Of a stretch of 64,000 bases of DNA, positions 62,801 through 64,000 are shown piece by piece. Made by a program: the position numbers and the translations under genes. The notes below the pieces were generated by a model. The model was given only the letters and a program-made list of their open reading frames with translations. It searched no databases and had not been told where the DNA came from. Position 1 is the first letter of the stretch; every line of letters begins with the position of its first letter. The stretch is taken from NCBI GenBank assembly GCA_011109175.1, contig RDEW01000022.1, positions 814,624 through 878,623 on the forward strand, read 5' to 3'. Origin of the DNA: Dicyema japonicum. Its lineage: Eukaryota > Animalia > Dicyemida.

Positions 62801-63559
62801 GCGTCAAAACAAATACAGTCAAACCCCTCTAAACCGACTCCTTGGTATACCGGAATTCCCTTAAAACCGGACTAAATTTCTGGTCCCGATTCACCTCATA
62901 GGCCATCACTGCTATTTCATCTTCGATACACCGGATCTCCTCTATTTCGAATAATATATATTCAAATAACAAATGAATCGAACCAAACACCTAAGCCGAC
63001 ACAAAAATTTCTCAGCAAAAAGTATGGAGTTGGATGCAGCACTGTATCAGACATATTAAAAAGGCTGATATTTATTTGGAATTATTCAATTCAAGAAAAT
63101 TCTAAAATAAATCAGAATTAAATTTATCGTTTCTAAGTGAAAAATGGGAAGCCTTTTCTCGTACTCTCCGTTTCATTTGAGTACTTACAAAATTAAAAGA
63201 AATCAGGTTAGCCATTTAATAAATGTCGTATAGTATGAGAACCCGGGGCCATCTTCGTGTCCGGCCTGATAAATCAAACTTATTAGTCCAAAACATATGG
63301 TTACAGGAGTCTTAATGAAACCAAAGGAATCACAATATTATGAGAACCCGGGGCCATCTTCGTGTCCGGCCTGATAAATCAAACTTATTAGTCCAAAACA
63401 TATGGTTACAGGAGTCTTAATGAAACCAAAGGAATCTCAATATATTTCCATGATAACCACAAGTATTGAACAATTGGACATTATCCAAAGGATTGAAAGC
63501 GTACCAAAGGCAATAGTTCAAAAATCATTTGATAACAGATAACATAATTTATTCGCAAA

Positions 63560-64000
63560 ACCCCAACTAACTAAACAAGGTAAGAGCCATTAACTAAATA
63601 GGAAAGCCAAGATTTGGGGTCGTCTATATCGAGGCACTCTCATGAGACACCGTATGTCTCTTCTCCGTAAAAAGCCCCAATTACAATGCGAGTTTCCACA
63701 AGCAATGTAATAAATCACCGATTCTTCTCGTTTTTCATTCGTATTCGTCGTCAATTTCAGATGCTAAATCCAATCCATGTGCGAGTTTAATTGCATACCT
63801 TCTTGTCTTTTCTAATTTAGTTAGTAGGACTGATTCCTCCTCTGTTTTAAACCAACCTTGATATCCATATATTAGGAAAGGTTCAATACACGTTTTGTAG
63901 ACAAACATAAAAGTATCTGGAGACAAATGAAAGCGGAATAGGGACTTGAGCATTCCCGTAGCTTTCTCTCTTCGTATTTTGATGTGCTCTTTAAACGATC
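63560..64000 (-). mobile_element. LINE ORF2 C-terminal fragment
   Basis: FVYKTCIEPFLIYG..W...KLEKTRRYAIK is typical of the post-RT region. Confidence 0.6.

Noticed and set aside
1-64000. CRISPR array, prokaryotic operon or telomeric array
   Set aside because: No regularly spaced repeat-spacer units, no intronless bacterial gene clusters and no tandem telomere repeats were seen; the content is eukaryotic.

Overview
AT-rich genomic scaffold of a highly compact animal genome. Host genes are packed with spliceosomal GT-AG introns of only about 22-25 nt, and all three standard stop codons are used. The tiny introns together with metazoan genes (PKNOX/Meis TALE homeobox, RIOK3, myophilin) best fit a dicyemid mesozoan; this is inference, and another reduced parasite is possible. 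Recognisable host genes: a J-domain protein, myophilin/transgelin, DAP3 (MRPS29), HERPUD-like, SERP1/RAMP4, SNAPC4, PKNOX-like, RIOK3, MBOAT1/2 and SETD1, plus several unidentified multi-exon genes. These alternate with blocks of mostly decayed transposons: I/Jockey-like and RTE LINEs, CRE-clade RLE elements, Ginger2, hAT, Tc1 and a tRNA-headed SINE family. The most striking unexplained signal is strong over-representation of the palindrome CACGTG. I counted 37 sites by eye against about 6-7 expected; they are concentrated inside host coding exons and occur in all three reading frames. Many tandem duplications, around single Ns or frameshifting essential genes, look like assembly artefacts. 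Gene models and counts were made by eye, so some boundaries are approximate.
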